From contig NMRA01000205.1 in NCBI GenBank assembly GCA_002633005.1, forward strand, positions 545,273 through 609,272: 64,000 nt of DNA, in the 5' to 3' direction. The position numbers and the translations under genes are program-made. Below, in pieces: positions 11,856 to 25,981 of the stretch. Position 1 is the first letter of the stretch. Every line of letters starts with the position of its first letter. The notes below the pieces were generated by a model that was given only the letters and a program-made list of their open reading frames with translations, did not search any database and was not told where the DNA came from. The stretch is from Phoronis australis (lineage: Eukaryota > Animalia > Phoronida).

Positions 11856-14800
11856 GTGAGTGTTTGCCTTAATTGCCTTGTGTGTGCGCCTTTTCGGAGC
11901 GTACATATATATAATGGCACGTAATTAAGAACCGTTTAAAGCAGGATCAAGAAGGGAAAAGTTGTGAGGTGCACCTGTGCTCAAAGCTGAATGCATAATT
12001 GGATTTTCTGCTGAAATACGAGATCATGGTGTTAGTATACTTTGTGCAAAGATTTTGTCTTGAGCTGCCTTCCGTAGAATCCACTGTACATTGTGATCGA
12101 AATTAGTGAACGTTTGACAGCAGCAAACACTCGGAAATTGTTCCTCTTCTAGTTATGTAGTTACGGCTATTTTGATATTGTTATGTTGAACGAACATGCA
12201 AATTTATCCTCAAGTTTCTGAGAAACGTGTCCCATGCTTCTGGGTGTTGTTTTTGTCTTGGTGTAAACGTATTAAAAAATAACACCAACAGGCGTGAATA
12301 TCATTGCACGAGGACATAATTCAACTGTTGACTCTAGGTGGGAGCTATTTGCCGATGCCAGCTTGTGAAGGCCCTATCTTTGGCTGGGTGTTTGCTGGCA
12401 AACATTGCTCTGTCGTTGGTCAACAATGACGCAACGCTGGGGCAAAGTTGGTCAAGTACTTGGTCTGCTTGTTTATTGAAAACTACTCAGTGCCTCTCTG
12501 TCAGTAACTGCTAAACTTGGGGGAAAAACATAATTGCGGTAGTTTCGGACAAAAAATATGTCAAAAATTCATCTTTTCATTAGTCAAAACATTTTCAGGT
12601 GATAGATATGAGTATAGAATGAAATTTCACGTCTGTAACAAACTGGTGAGGTTTTACCACAGACATCGAAGTATAGTCGATTAGTATTGGTAGGTTACTT
12701 GCAAGAGAGGGTGTTGAATTCCTGTACATGGTGAAGTCAGTTTCAGGGCTCGGGATTTTCCTCTTCTCTATTAAGATTTCCTCTTTTTGGTTACGATTTC
12801 CTTTCATTTGATTTCCATTTTCCTCTCTTTTGTCATTGTTTTGACTTAGTTCATGCAAAAATGTTCATAAATTTCACAACACAAATATTTGTATCACGCA
12901 ACCCTATTTATTCGTGGAACGATACATCATCTGGAAAATTTTCCTCTTTTTTGTCATTAGTCATTCCAAGCCCTGCAATTAACATTTGTATGGAAACTGG
13001 GATAAGCTAAAAGTAACAAGAAAAGTAAAAGAGATAATTCGAGCTTTCTCTTGTTTAGTATGTTGTAAATAGTCTTGGTTTCCGAATTTGTTGGAATGTG
13101 GGCTAAAAATATGTCATTCAGGCATCCACAACTGTTGCTGCATTCCACATCCTTGTCTTAAGTTTCAGGGGACACAAAAATGCAGTTTGAAATCAGCTCT
13201 GCCTTCTGTCTGGGTACAAAAATAAACTTCCTATTTGAAAACTTGTGTCTAAATTAGCATTTTGAAAATCATGTTTCACCCTGAGGAAACTACAGCTTAA
13301 TTGGAATATGTCTTTGCTTCAAACTTCACAGTTGTTTTGTCCTGAAATTTGCATTTCCAAACTTCTTGGCTTAGCACCTAAAAACTTCTTGACACCGGCA
13401 GCAACTTCAGTTAAACTCTTGCCTCATGTCATTGCTACAGGTCTCGCGTTGATCAGTAACTCAATATATGCATCAGTGCAATTCAGTTCAGAAAAACCCG
13501 TCCTTGGTTTTACACCTTCCTTAACCATATTGGTGCACTCGGGAGGAACTGTTGTTAAATTCCTAATCCCAGTCTTTGTTTCGTCTGGCCCAAGATACGC
13601 CTCAAATTCCTTGTACGTTTCCACCTGGATTGCGCCCCCGTGGGCACGTGAGCGAATCGATCATCTCTGAAGTCTCCTCGATATCGCCTTACACATTAGC
13701 CCCTTCAGCTGTGGACAGCTGCATATCTTCCCATCACTTACCTGACTATGATGTCTCCTTGTTGGCCCCTAACCATGTTTACCGCAAGTCCACTGTCTTT
13801 GTCAGGCTTCTGTTGGTTCTGATGGTTTCTGCATCAATTTCTGTGGGTGTCATACTCGGAATGTTTCCCGAGTCGGCATTTAGGTTTAAGTGCGTTGTTG
13901 TGCAGTGGCAAATGTCGGTACTGTTTGGTATTTTTTTGCATGCACTTCATCCGTTCTTTGATTGGTAAATAATTGCTTTACTACACCACTGAGCATACGC
14001 GGATTTATTACACTTAATGCCTCAATTCAAGTTTGTTTTAAATACAGATTTTCTTCCCAAAACACGTGTCTAAGTGTACTAATTTCATTTGAATAAACTC
14101 TGTTCCTTCCGTCTTCAGAATATTAATACTTCAAACAAAGAGTTTTTGGCTATACCTGTATCACTTCTTTTTTATTAAGTTTCCTCTAAGGCAGTGGGGA
14201 CTCTCGACCCTCCAGGCTAAGTGATTCTAGAAAATTCAATGTCTACTCATCCTTGCTTAGTTATTATTTCCAGGGCCAACAGAGGTCCTGCTGTTTTGTC
14301 TCACATGTTTTAGAAGTCTTTGTAATTTGGTAATAGGAATTGTTGTAAAATCTTGCAAAATCTCCAATTCGACCAACTTATGGCCAAAATTAACAGTTTA
14401 CTGCTTTTCAACGGCTCACAATACTTTTGTGAACGCCCACAATTTTTAAAATTTTTTGGTAGAATGGCAGGTAACTTGAAAATGGTGAAATTCCAACTTG
14501 ATGCTGCTTTGTTTTTATGAAGAAACAAGAAATTGAAACTTGCTTATCTCTCATATTGTGTCCTAAAGTGGCTTGATTGTAGCGTTAGGTCTGAGTAATG
14601 TACTCTTGGTAAAGTGATTATCTACCATGGAGCTTGCTCAGGTCTTAATTACTCTTCTGATTGGAAGGCTGTTGTTACAGCACTTCAGGTCTTCAGACAT
14701 TGTAAGACTGTTAACTTACAAGTGAATAGATGGCTTTCAAGGAACCTTGCTTGGGGGTTTTAATAAATGAATCCATAATTTTGTTTGCTTATCCAGTCAG

Positions 14801-17800
14801 TTTTTAGGAAACATTGGGATGGTAATGAATGTTTCTTAAAAAGAATATACTGGTAGACAGGCTTGCTAGAGTTTCAACTGGGTAGCAGTAAATATTTTAA
14901 CTTTTACAAGTCCTCCATTTTGTAACTGAGAGCATTTAGCTTACGAATTAGTTTCATGTTTTAATACTATTAGCTATCCATTAAGGTAAAACCGTTTAAG
15001 AAGAAAAAACTAACAGAAGGAAATAGCTATACCATGTTTGATGATGCAAGAAAAATGATTCACAAAAAAATATAAATTATTTCCAAGTTTGAGAAAAGGA
15101 AAACACTAGGTGTTGTCTAATTTATGATGTACTGCACTCATCTGGATAATCATTCAGGGCCCTTAAATTGGTAAATTCAGAATTCAGAGATTGGTCATTG
15201 GGTGGAGCATGGGCACTTAAAAACAAAGTATTTGATTTGTATTCGTTTGGGGAGCAAACATTACTGTGAGACAGGTATCTACAAAGACACTGTCAGTTTA
15301 AAAGAAGTCTCAATTGTATAAATTGGGGTTGGGCAACTGAATGTGGGCGTTCAAAAGTAAAAAATTGGAAATTTTGTTGGTGAGCGTTAAGTCTTACATA
15401 GGCATAAACCCCGCTGTTAATTTACGTTTTTCTCAACTTGTGTTTAGGAATGTTAGTTTAGTTCATAATCTGGCAGAAGAGTAGAATTTTGGTTTTTCGA
15501 ATTTCTCAGTAAATAAATTTTCAAATCCAAATTCTTTTAATTGCTGAGCATAGACTATTGTATTACACAGTTTGCACATCTCCCAGGGGTGGTCAGCATT
15601 TGATAAATGCCAATTTTCGCAATTATTTTTCTCACAAATTGAAATTGGTGTTGCCACAATTAAGAAAGCCACATTATTTGGGTTCAGCGAAGTATGATTG
15701 ATGCCAATGAACAGTGGCTGACAAAGGCATTCTTGAGTGACTTTCCTCCAAGACATGGCAGGTGACTCGACATATCAATCATTTCCTGCTCTCATTGAGT
15801 TATGACACTTCTTGTAAATATTACTATCAGCAGCCTTGGCTGGGCCGGCTTGTAAGTGGTGGGATTCATAGCAAAATCTACTTCACTTTCAATTTCGGTC
15901 AAAGGTGTTGAGAACTCGAAAACGCTTTTTGAAGTGGGGTAAACATACTGTTGTCCAAGCACTCTTTTTATGTTTTTGTTTCTATTGAAACCTTCATTTA
16001 TCGGTCTGCTGGGCATAAAGCCTTAAATGCAGTACCTCTTGTTAAAACTGCTTTTAATATTTCATAGCCCGCTTTTATTAGGCATTTAATAGTCTACAGA
16101 AGTGGAGATTTTATTAGCCCTAGCCCGTTGAGAATATTGTGTAAGGCTCCTAATGAAATTTTGATAAATTCAATCAGACCCTGTGAATTCCCTACTGTCA
16201 ATGGCAATTTGAGGGCTACTTGTACATAGTTCTTTTCTAGTTTAATGCTGGTCCTTGGTGACTGTACAGTAGCTAAATGGTTTCCGCTGTATTGTTTGCC
16301 CATCTCTCGTTTGCGTTTCAAATATTTAATGTTGGGTTGACTAAGTTTGTCCGTTGATTCGGGCATGGCGGCCTCGCGCTAATTGGTTTTAAAACTAACG
16401 AGGAAAAGTGCTAGGGAGCTTTAACACGTGGAACATGAATGTTTACACTGTAAGTACAATGGTTATGTGAACGAGCTCGTTGCTGGTTTTCTGTAACTTT
16501 TACTAAAACATTTCACTTTTCGTTGAGAGTGTTAGGCTCTGTTTTCTGTGCAGAAGAAAAAGCGGTGCAATGAGGCCATCCAGTTTGTTCCACTGCGGAG
16601 GTGGTGTCAAGGATGCAGGTCTCTCAGTTTCAACTCTTTGCCCAAGTGATCTGTTGTTTTGGTACAGTTTAATTTTAGGGGGTTTATGGTTAAACTTAGA
16701 CGACTGAGATATTTTCTAGTCTTTGGGAGTGTCTTGGAACTTGATTTGTGTTACAAATATTCAGTCTAAAGCTTTCAACTTAAGCCGTTTCCCTTTTGAG
16801 GATAAATATTAAGTACCCAACCATTATCATGTTTCTGTAGCGTGTGTTTGGTCCCTACCGATGTGAAAATTTCAAAAGTTGACTCTTCAGTCTGGTTGTG
16901 ATGTCAAAAGCAGTGGGCGGCTCGGCATTCACATGGTGGCGCTAGTGAGGCAAGGGTCTCACCTGTATAAACGCATACATTCAGGTTATCGTGTTGAACC
17001 CTTTAGCTCACCATCATCCAGCCGTCCATTGGTACAATAAAATCTCACCAATTGAGAATACAATATGGTGCATTAGTGAAATGTTAATTTCTCATTTTTT
17101 CATTAACGATATACAGTACCAAAATAGTGCCTTGCCTACTTCTGTACAATTGCTGCCTGCAGGCAATATATTGTATGTACAATTGTGAGCATTCATGGCA
17201 ATGTTAAAAGCACTTGAAAAATGAATAAAATACAATTTGGGAATTTTATTTTCTAATACTGGTGAGTTTTTACCGTGTAATTGAAGGAGCGCCGGTTGAG
17301 TGATGTCTTCAATACCTTGGTGTAAAATGTAAGGATCTGAACCCAGGGCTATGATGTAGAGAAACCTCTAATTTTGTTGAAGATGTCGGCGGTGACATCA
17401 TTCCACAAATACTGAACGATGCGCAATAATGAGATGACTGTTTCCCACACGTTCTTTAACTGAACCCTTGCCTTAATTAAGCCTGCTGCACACTATGTAG
17501 TGCAAGTCAGAGTTAGTCACAAAGCACGGTGCACCACACAGCGCGCGACTCATCTCAGCACTTAGGTTGAGATGGTATGACTCGCCATGTGGTGTGCTAC
17601 AGTGTATGTTGGCTTGTTGTGTACGTGATGGTCATGAAGGTGGTGCTACATTAGTGTACGTACGTACTAAACTGCGTACAAATGTATGCACACACTTATG
17701 CATTTTTATTACCCCTATGTATTCTAGTATGATGTTGAGCTTCTCATACTTGAGCACAAAGTTAATTGTCTGCCATCAAAGTAAGTGATTGTTTTGTCTG

Positions 17801-20800
17801 CGTTTTGACTGTTGGCAAACATTTGGATTTTTTTGGTACCTGTTGATATCGCTATATAATTTCACCGGTGTATACCTATTTGCTTTGCCTTTTGTTTAAA
17901 GTGGAAACACTAGCTTGGGGTTCTAGAGCTGAAAATTGCTGTAGTTTTCAAATTCTACATTGAGGTCTTATTGGTTTCTGTTCAAGTGTGTTTATTGGTG
18001 GGTTCAGTGCGGTGCTGTTGGTATCGACATCGCCAATGCACCATTTCTTTCAATTTACCATGTTCTTTGTTTGGGAAAGCGTATCTTGGTACCAAAATCT
18101 GTCTTTGTGGCGAGACTTTTGAATTGTGAATTTGATGAAGTATTCATTTCTTACTGGACTTGTTCCAAAGTATACCACTAGAACCTCATTTGTATTCACC
18201 TTAGGAACTTCATTTTAAAATCAAGTTGTTATTGAAAAATGGCTTTGTTGAAGTTATGGGGGAACACCGAAATCGTTTGAAAAAATTACAAGCTTGGCTT
18301 CTAAATTTTGTTAATTTTCGATGAGAAGAAATCGCATCAACTTTCTTGAATACATGTTGTCATTGAAAAGCTTGGCATTTTTAAATTCATCATACCAGGC
18401 AGTTTCCACGACGTTTCTGTAACTTTATTAAGTCTTGTGGTGCATTTGAAAGGACTCATTCTCTTATCAATACCTCAATTTCACCAGTTCTTTTTTCAAG
18501 ACAACACTTATCTTTATCAAAATTGGGAAATCCTAGTGAGCGATTGTTAAATGGTGAGCTTTGAATCTCAACAGCTTCTTCGCAGGATCTATACTGTGGA
18601 AATTGGTCTGTTTATAATACATTATGTCTTACAAGTTGAAATTCATTTTGTCGACTTCGTCTACAAAATAGCACGTAAGAAATTTCCGGATAGTTGTTAG
18701 CATAGTTTGCATAGCAAAGCTGTCATCTAATGAACTGTGACAAAATTTTACACACTTGTTCCAATGTTGGATACCTTTTACAAAAGGCGAGAATGTTTTC
18801 CGCCCTCAGTGCCATCACAGTGCCTTTCAAATCAGCAGCGTTGCTTATGGTGATCATTGCATTGTAGTAAAATCTCACCAATTTGGACAAAAAATAATCG
18901 CCAAAGTGGATTGTTTATCATTTTTCAAAGGCCTCTATCGTCATTGTGAATGCCCATTGGTTCTCAAAACATCGTCCAGTGGCAGCTATGATTTAAAACT
19001 TGGACTGATAAAGCCTTTATTTTATGCTGCTTACCGTTAATCAAAAAATGAAGAAATAAAATTTCCAATTGTCTACGAAAAATTTCAATCATCCGCCATG
19101 TTGTCTTCTAACTTGGTGAGATTTTACCATGTGTCTGTGTGTTATATAACTCTGAAATTATAGGGGTGGACTGATCACCAGCATATTAACAGCCAGGATA
19201 GTTATACCTGTCATTACATATGCACTGTTAGTGCCAGAGGCAGAGCTTTGTAAATTAGGCATGTGGTCTAATTAGCAGGCTTAAAATTCAAATATAGCTC
19301 ATGATGCCTTGAGTTTCATTCATGCCAATTCCCTGTACGTCTACAAGCACACATTTTTAGACTTGCCAAGAATGCCAGTATTGTCGTCATTGTGACAACC
19401 ATGGAAAAACAGGTTTCATTATACGTTATTATTACACTTATCTGTCATTCCATAAACAAAAAAATCTGGCTTTTCAAGTAAAGTCAGAATTTTTTGTTTG
19501 TTTTTTCAAACACACTTTGTGTTTGAATGCTTCTAAGGAGACCATTGGTGCCATGTAACTAGTCTATGGCAGATGTTGGGCGCCCCTTTTCAGGCATGAA
19601 ACAGAGCCGCGTGCCATAGTGGTGGAGTCCCCTCCAGATATCCAAGAACTGCCATGAGTGGGCTACATGGAGCTTCAGACACAGTATTTCTTCACTTAGG
19701 GATAGCAAGTGAAGTTCTCAACATGTGGAAAAGAAAATGGAAGCAGCCAGGCGAAATACTGCACATTAGAAAATGAGTGTTATTTGTTTCATATTACTGC
19801 CAACTGTATGTGACTGAAGATACCAGGGGTCTGTTTGATGAAAAGTGGCTTGATGCTTGGTTACGTGACATAAATGTTATCATTGCCACTGACCAAAATG
19901 ATGGCGAGCAGTCCACGAAGGAATCATTTTTGTCAGCAGTTAGTTAGCTTCCTCACCACATGAGCCGCTTTTAAGCGAAACTCGATTTCAATACCCGTTC
20001 CTTCTCTGCCAGCGTGATGATAAAACAAAGCTCTGTTATCCCTGCGCATGTGTGTCTGTTGACGTTACTAGTGTTTTTGCTGTTAATGAAAATGCTAGTG
20101 AAAACGCTAGAGTTTTAGGCAGCACGTCATCTTGGACAAATTTTGCCATACACTTGCATTTCACAATTACTATAGGTATAGGTAAATATGAGCACATTGC
20201 TGTCAAGAAGTAATTTATAGAAAATATCTTGGTAACTTAGCACTTAATATGTATGTTTTCAGAGAATGCACTTTTGTTCAAGTGCGATTTCATTATTTTC
20301 AGAAATACTTGTGTTTGGCACAAGACCAAATTTTCGAAAGTCGTTAGTCACTTTTCATGAAAACAAACTCCAGGAGGAAAATTATTCGCAGTATGGTGAA
20401 CGGTCAACAAATCAGAGCCGATGACATCTAAGTGAATGTTATCACCTTTGTGTTGGTCGTGTCGGAGCTCAATTGGTCTAATTATGTCAGACTTGCGGGG
20501 GAACGTCATCATTCATTTTTGATGTCACTTAATGCGATTTATATCATAATGGATGCCCCGACAGTTTTAATATCCATCCGAAATGGCACACTAATTGCAT
20601 ATTGAAATTTCGATTAAATCACCGCTGTATTATAGTATAGCTGCTCCATTTATCACCTTCCAATTTCATTTGTCGAATCCTATTTTCAGTTCAAGGAAAT
20701 CCTTGAGCTAGTGAGTGCGTCGTGTTTTCCTTTCTTCGGAACTGCTACGCTGTTTTTCATGTCGTACAACGAATGAAGTTACGGCAATCCTGCACTCATT

Positions 20801-23800
20801 TCGCACAAAAATGATTATCAAAGTTGATTTTTTTCAAAGGCTGGTTGTCTTGGTGCAAACACTGTTTTATGACATCTACACAGTACAACCCATGCTAGTG
20901 TTCACCTACAGTATTTTAATCGTTATTTCTTTGAAGAAGTTTGGCGAAGTCATATTTCAATCAACGGCCATATTTTGCGCTATATAGGTGAACAATTATG
21001 CAGAGTAACTTATTCTGAACGGAAGGTTTAGAATGTGTTTTTCCTCGTAGAACTGTGAAATTTTAATTTCATTTTCGTGTCTTGAAAGATAAGCAGTGCT
21101 GAATTAGTGTTTTTATTGTCATTTTGAAGTTCTGTCACAAAACTACGATCATATATTCTTTTGAAAAAATGCGGACATTCAGTGTCAGGAGTCTTAGTAG
21201 AAATTGCGAGTTTGTGACGGAGGAAATTTCGTAGGAAAGTGTTGCTATCTTCAGTATCCAGTTCACTGTTCACTATTCTGTGCACAGCAGCAACGGCTTC
21301 TCTTCACCTGTCTTCATTTCATCTTGTTTACTCACACCGTTTTCCCAGGTACTCTTTGACTAGTATTGTCTACCCTTGTTGATGGATTACCAGTGTTTAG
21401 ACTCACCAGTGCTGCCTCACAATAGGTGGGTAAACAGCTGGCGGTTCAGGTTTCACTTGGTAAATTGTTTTTTTTCGCCATGACATCAATATTCTATTCA
21501 TTATCTGTCTGGGTAATGGCTCACAATGACAAATCAGCTGTGCTCCGTACGTCCGAGGACGTAGGTAAATTTCTATGTAATCGTTGTTTTTATTATTTGC
21601 CCAGTTTTAGTTTACTTGAACTGACACTGAACATCGGCATTTTAGATATTTTATCTGGGTGGTATAGTTTAAAAGAAAAAAATGACTATAGAATCGGGAT
21701 TTACAATATTTGATTATGTACAAGAGTACATTTTTTATTTGCACAACTGGTTTCTATTCACAGTTGCACCGACTTTGTTCTTTCGTTGAAGATGTAGAAT
21801 TTTGATTAAATTTAGGTTAGCAAAGTTAAATCAATGATTTTTGTATGTAATTGGCGTGTATTGGATTTGAATAAATACAATTGATTGTTAAAACCGGAAT
21901 ATTTGACGAAATAAACTTGCAGTAGGACGTGACAAAGTGTGAACCACGATGGTACTTTTTAATGATTCAAATTTGATTGAACACCTTACTGTTGGCGTTT
22001 TTCAACACTTTGCCTTTACTGTTGTCATCTTTTGCGTTGTGCGACAGTGGCTAATTGTAATTTTTGGAAATTCCATCCTAGTAATATATTCTTTTGTACG
22101 ATGAACATTCATCTAATTGCTATTGTGGTCTCTCACAATTCCTGTTCATGGCTATTCTGTCACTTTTGTTACTTGGTCCAGACCAACAGCTTATAACTAT
22201 AAATTAAAGTAATCAATATTGCCGTGTGCATCAAATTTAATCTTTTTAAGATCATCTTCAACTCATTTGTAATAAAGTGTGAACGACCGCTTATCCAACA
22301 CAAGCGCTACTTCAGGAAGGCGCTCTAAACTCAGACTAAGGATGAATGTATCGGGTCGTTCACCCTGACTGGGTGCAGTATGGTCCACAAGTTGGTTTGA
22401 CTTGTCACCGCGTGGAGTTAAGTCTAGTTTAAAAATGTATGCGAATTGGGCTTAACTTTCAGTGTCCCTAGTTTTAAAATTTACCTCATACTGAAAAGTT
22501 TTTGTTGTAATGTAAATAATTAGATCTCAGAGAAATGTACTGAAGATTCATTGTTCAGGGCTGAAATTGTCAAAATTTATTATATTCCAGTTTTCTAAGA
22601 ACGCATATGCTCTCGTGTTAGTGCAAACATTATTGCTGAAATTGTCATTTTCCATTTCTCAATTGTTGTAAGATCTCAAAAGTCGGCCATATGCTGCGTC
22701 ATACATTTGTTGCTGTGTAGACTCTTGTATTAGAAAAAAGCTGCATTGGTTCCAGGCTGTGCATTGTAGGTCACTTGTGTCTCTCCTATGGGGCATTTTT
22801 TGCCTTTGCCTCGATATCTACCAAGTTCCCCAATGGATGTCCATTAAATTTAGCAAATAAATTTTTCTAGCAGCACTTGTCCTCTTTCGTCTGGATTTTA
22901 TGTATGACGTGCCTCCTATTACTGTCTTTTTATTATTTTTTGTCTGTTCTTTTGTCCTACCGCCTCATTACTAGAAAAGATCACCATGGAAGGTGGCAGG
23001 TGTGTTCCCACATAAGAAAGCATAGCAAACATCGATTTTCTGACAAGTTCAACTACTGTGGTGCCCCCTTTGGGCAGTTTAGTTTCATATTACTATTATG
23101 AAATTTAACAGATGTGATCAAATTGAGGAGTAAACTATTTTAAAAGTTGTACTACCATTACTCCCTCTAGTGGGAAGGTTAAAAAAATAACAATCATCCC
23201 TTGTACCTGCACTGTATGTGATGTACTCGATGGGCGCATAACCACTCCTTACTTTGCTCTTGTACTTAAATACATGAGCGGAGTAGTTTTTGTACGCTAA
23301 GCAAGCAAGGCTGTTCTGGTTATATTTGTGTCTTCAGTGGAATTCCTCTGCCTTTGATTGCAAACAAAACTAGCTGTTTTACACATTTGAATTTGGTGTG
23401 CCTACAAAGTACATATTGTTACCGATTCTCTGGATGTTTTATACCAACTTAAAGCCACTTAAAGCCACAGTTCACTCCATTTAGCTAGCTAAAAACAATA
23501 ATCAAAATAGGCTCTTCACTCTCATCAAATCAATCTTAGAATGTTTCTTACTGTGATCGGATTCTATTTCTGTTACCAACACGAATATCAAAACAATCGG
23601 AGACTGAAGGAATAAAGATTTTGTTTGGGTTAGCCAACTCAAAAAATGCAAATTAGAAAAAGTGTCTGTAGGCATTGCCTGTGACTTGAGCTGGCAACGA
23701 AGATGGAATCCTTTGAGAGTAAGGAATACTATGAGACCGATTTTATGAGTGTAAACTTTATAGGTCTAGTTTGATTTTTGTTTTTAGCCAGCTGAACAAG

Positions 23801-24302
23801 TGGACACGCAGCAGGTTTAACTCCAGTACTACAGGAATACCAATGCAAACAGCACAGCTGGTTGAACCTCTCGCACCCGCTCTAGAAGTTAACACAGTTT
23901 GATATGTGAATGATCGAAGTTATCACACGATGGCACTCTGAAACATTAGACAGACACCGCTTTTAAATTTTAAGTAGTTGTGTATACGAACGGTTGAAAA
24001 ATGAAATGAAGTGCTTGTATAACTATGAATATTTGAAAAAATCAAATTTCACCATGACGTGCCGTTATTGACAGTGACACCAGGTGATAACTCCAATGTC
24101 ACCAAGGCTAGTATTTCGTACCACATCGAAGCATTGACGCTCCGCTACTTAACCCAAGCGCGCGTTTAACTTCGATCCACGTTCAAAGTTAACCGTTCAT
24201 GTCACTTGACACTCCCTAAAACATCGATGCCTCGACGTTGGTATGAAAGTTCCTTCAATGGTATTGATACTTACTTACCTGTGTTGTGTTCGTTATTTCC
24301 AG

Positions 24303-24351
24303 ATGCATAACCCTGTCCAGATGAAGCCAGCCGACCAAGAAAAAAGGAGTG
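24303..24351 (+). CDS. CELF1/2: CELF1/2-like exon, end of RRM1: MHNPVQMKPADQEKRS
   Basis: TTTCCAG acceptor and GTATGT donor. Matches the MHHPIQMKPADSEK motif. Phase 0 to 1. Confidence 0.93.
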
Positions 24352-25454
24352 GTATGTATTTACACACCTCAGCGTCATTGGGGGCCTCGTCAAGGGTTTA
24401 GATGCCCTGTTCTACAAACGCAAATTGTCAAGATTTGCCACAAATTTTGGAATCATGAAGGTTGATGGAATTTTGCAAGTTTGTGGTTTTGAATTTGTGT
24501 TGCTGCAGGAAGTATCTGCGATACAAGTATAGCGATGTTTCAAATATTCACGGAATTTGGTTCAAATTGCCCAAAAATTGTCAAGATCTAATTAACAATT
24601 TTAATACTGTACAAATGCTAGGAATCTGGTAAGAACATGCTGAATACATAATACGAATCGGGTACGATTTGACTATTCTTGACAGTTCTTGGTATTTTCA
24701 GTGAAGACATGTCTCGGCTTGCATTTTATAATTTGTGACAGATTCTTGTCATCTCAAGAATTCATGAATTGTCCCTCCGTCTGGACCAGTGAACTAGTCA
24801 AGCAGGTTGAAATGGCAGTGAACGCGAGTTTCACATGGTAACCAGTCTAGAAATGCTCACGTGTACACGCGTTTGAAGCTTCTAGGTTGAAGTTTGAACG
24901 AAATGTATTAGTTTATCAATCTCCAGCTGCATTGATTAAGCTTGCCATTTCTGTGTTCAGCTGTGGGCTGGAGTACACTTAATGCGGAGTATACAATACT
25001 TAAAATGCTGGAGCTAGCATTTGATTTAATGGAACCGTTCCTTAACAAAAATAAAAGATACTTGACATTTTGTAGGCTGACGTAGGTTTTAACAATTTTA
25101 ATGTCCAGGAATGAGTTAAAGCCGAATGGTATAGTGATTAACACAAAATAAAATTCTATTCATTAGAAGTTTGGCTTAATATTAATAAGTTAATAATCGA
25201 AGGAAAATGAATTAGCTGTTGGGAAGGGAAATTTGTTACAAAATCAGCACAACAATCAGTGCCGCTGTTATTTTAGACATTTGCCATATTGATTTATATG
25301 TGGAGTTCAATGCTTTCATAAAACATGCTTTGAAAATGGCAGTTGACTCAGCTGTGTCCATCGTGAGTACAAGATTTGCCAGTCTGTCATTGGACGTAAT
25401 TAAAGCTGTTTAGTGTATACGGTGTAGAGAGAGCACATGTGCCTTAAATTGCTG

Positions 25455-25520
25455 AATTTTGTTGTTGTTGTTATTGTTGGTGTTGCTGCTGCTGTTCCTG
25501 GTGCTGTTCTTGCTGTAGTT
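25455..25520. repeat. Degenerate (GTT/GCT)n microsatellite, intronic
   Basis: GTTGTTGTTGTTATTGTTGGTGTTGCTGCTGCTGTTCCTGGTGCTGTTCTTGCTG. Confidence 0.75.
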
Positions 25521-25981
25521 ATGGAGTTGTGCAGTTGTTGGCGGAAGGTCCATTTGTTGGCCGATTGTAGATGTCTCACAATCACCTCAGGTACTAGTTG
25601 TATTGTATGGAAAACTGAGGCTGGGCTTGGCTGCTAGCAAACAGTGGCAGGTGACTAATGCCTGATGCAAGTCGAAAACCCGACATTTCTTCCCTGAATG
25701 CATTTTGTGAAGTCGTTTACTTTTAGACATGTCTGCCACTAAGTGCTCGGTTTAATAATGCCATAATGTTTAATTTCGATACTTACTATAAAATTATACC
25801 TTCTTTCAGTTCAGCAATGGCTTTGGGGTTTAGGTCATAAAATACATTAAAAATGGCTGTAAAGCTGTGAACCTCTGAACACTTCTATGGCGTGACATTT
25901 GTCTTCGATTGTAGCTCTAGTGTGTTGGACGTAGACAGACGTGAAGTCGCATTTCAATTGGAATTAAAAATTCTTGCCTCA

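Noticed and set aside
13308-13968. Cluster of overlapping ORFs in a slightly GC-richer patch
   Set aside because: No domain or splice support; could be a decayed element but cannot be supported without a search.
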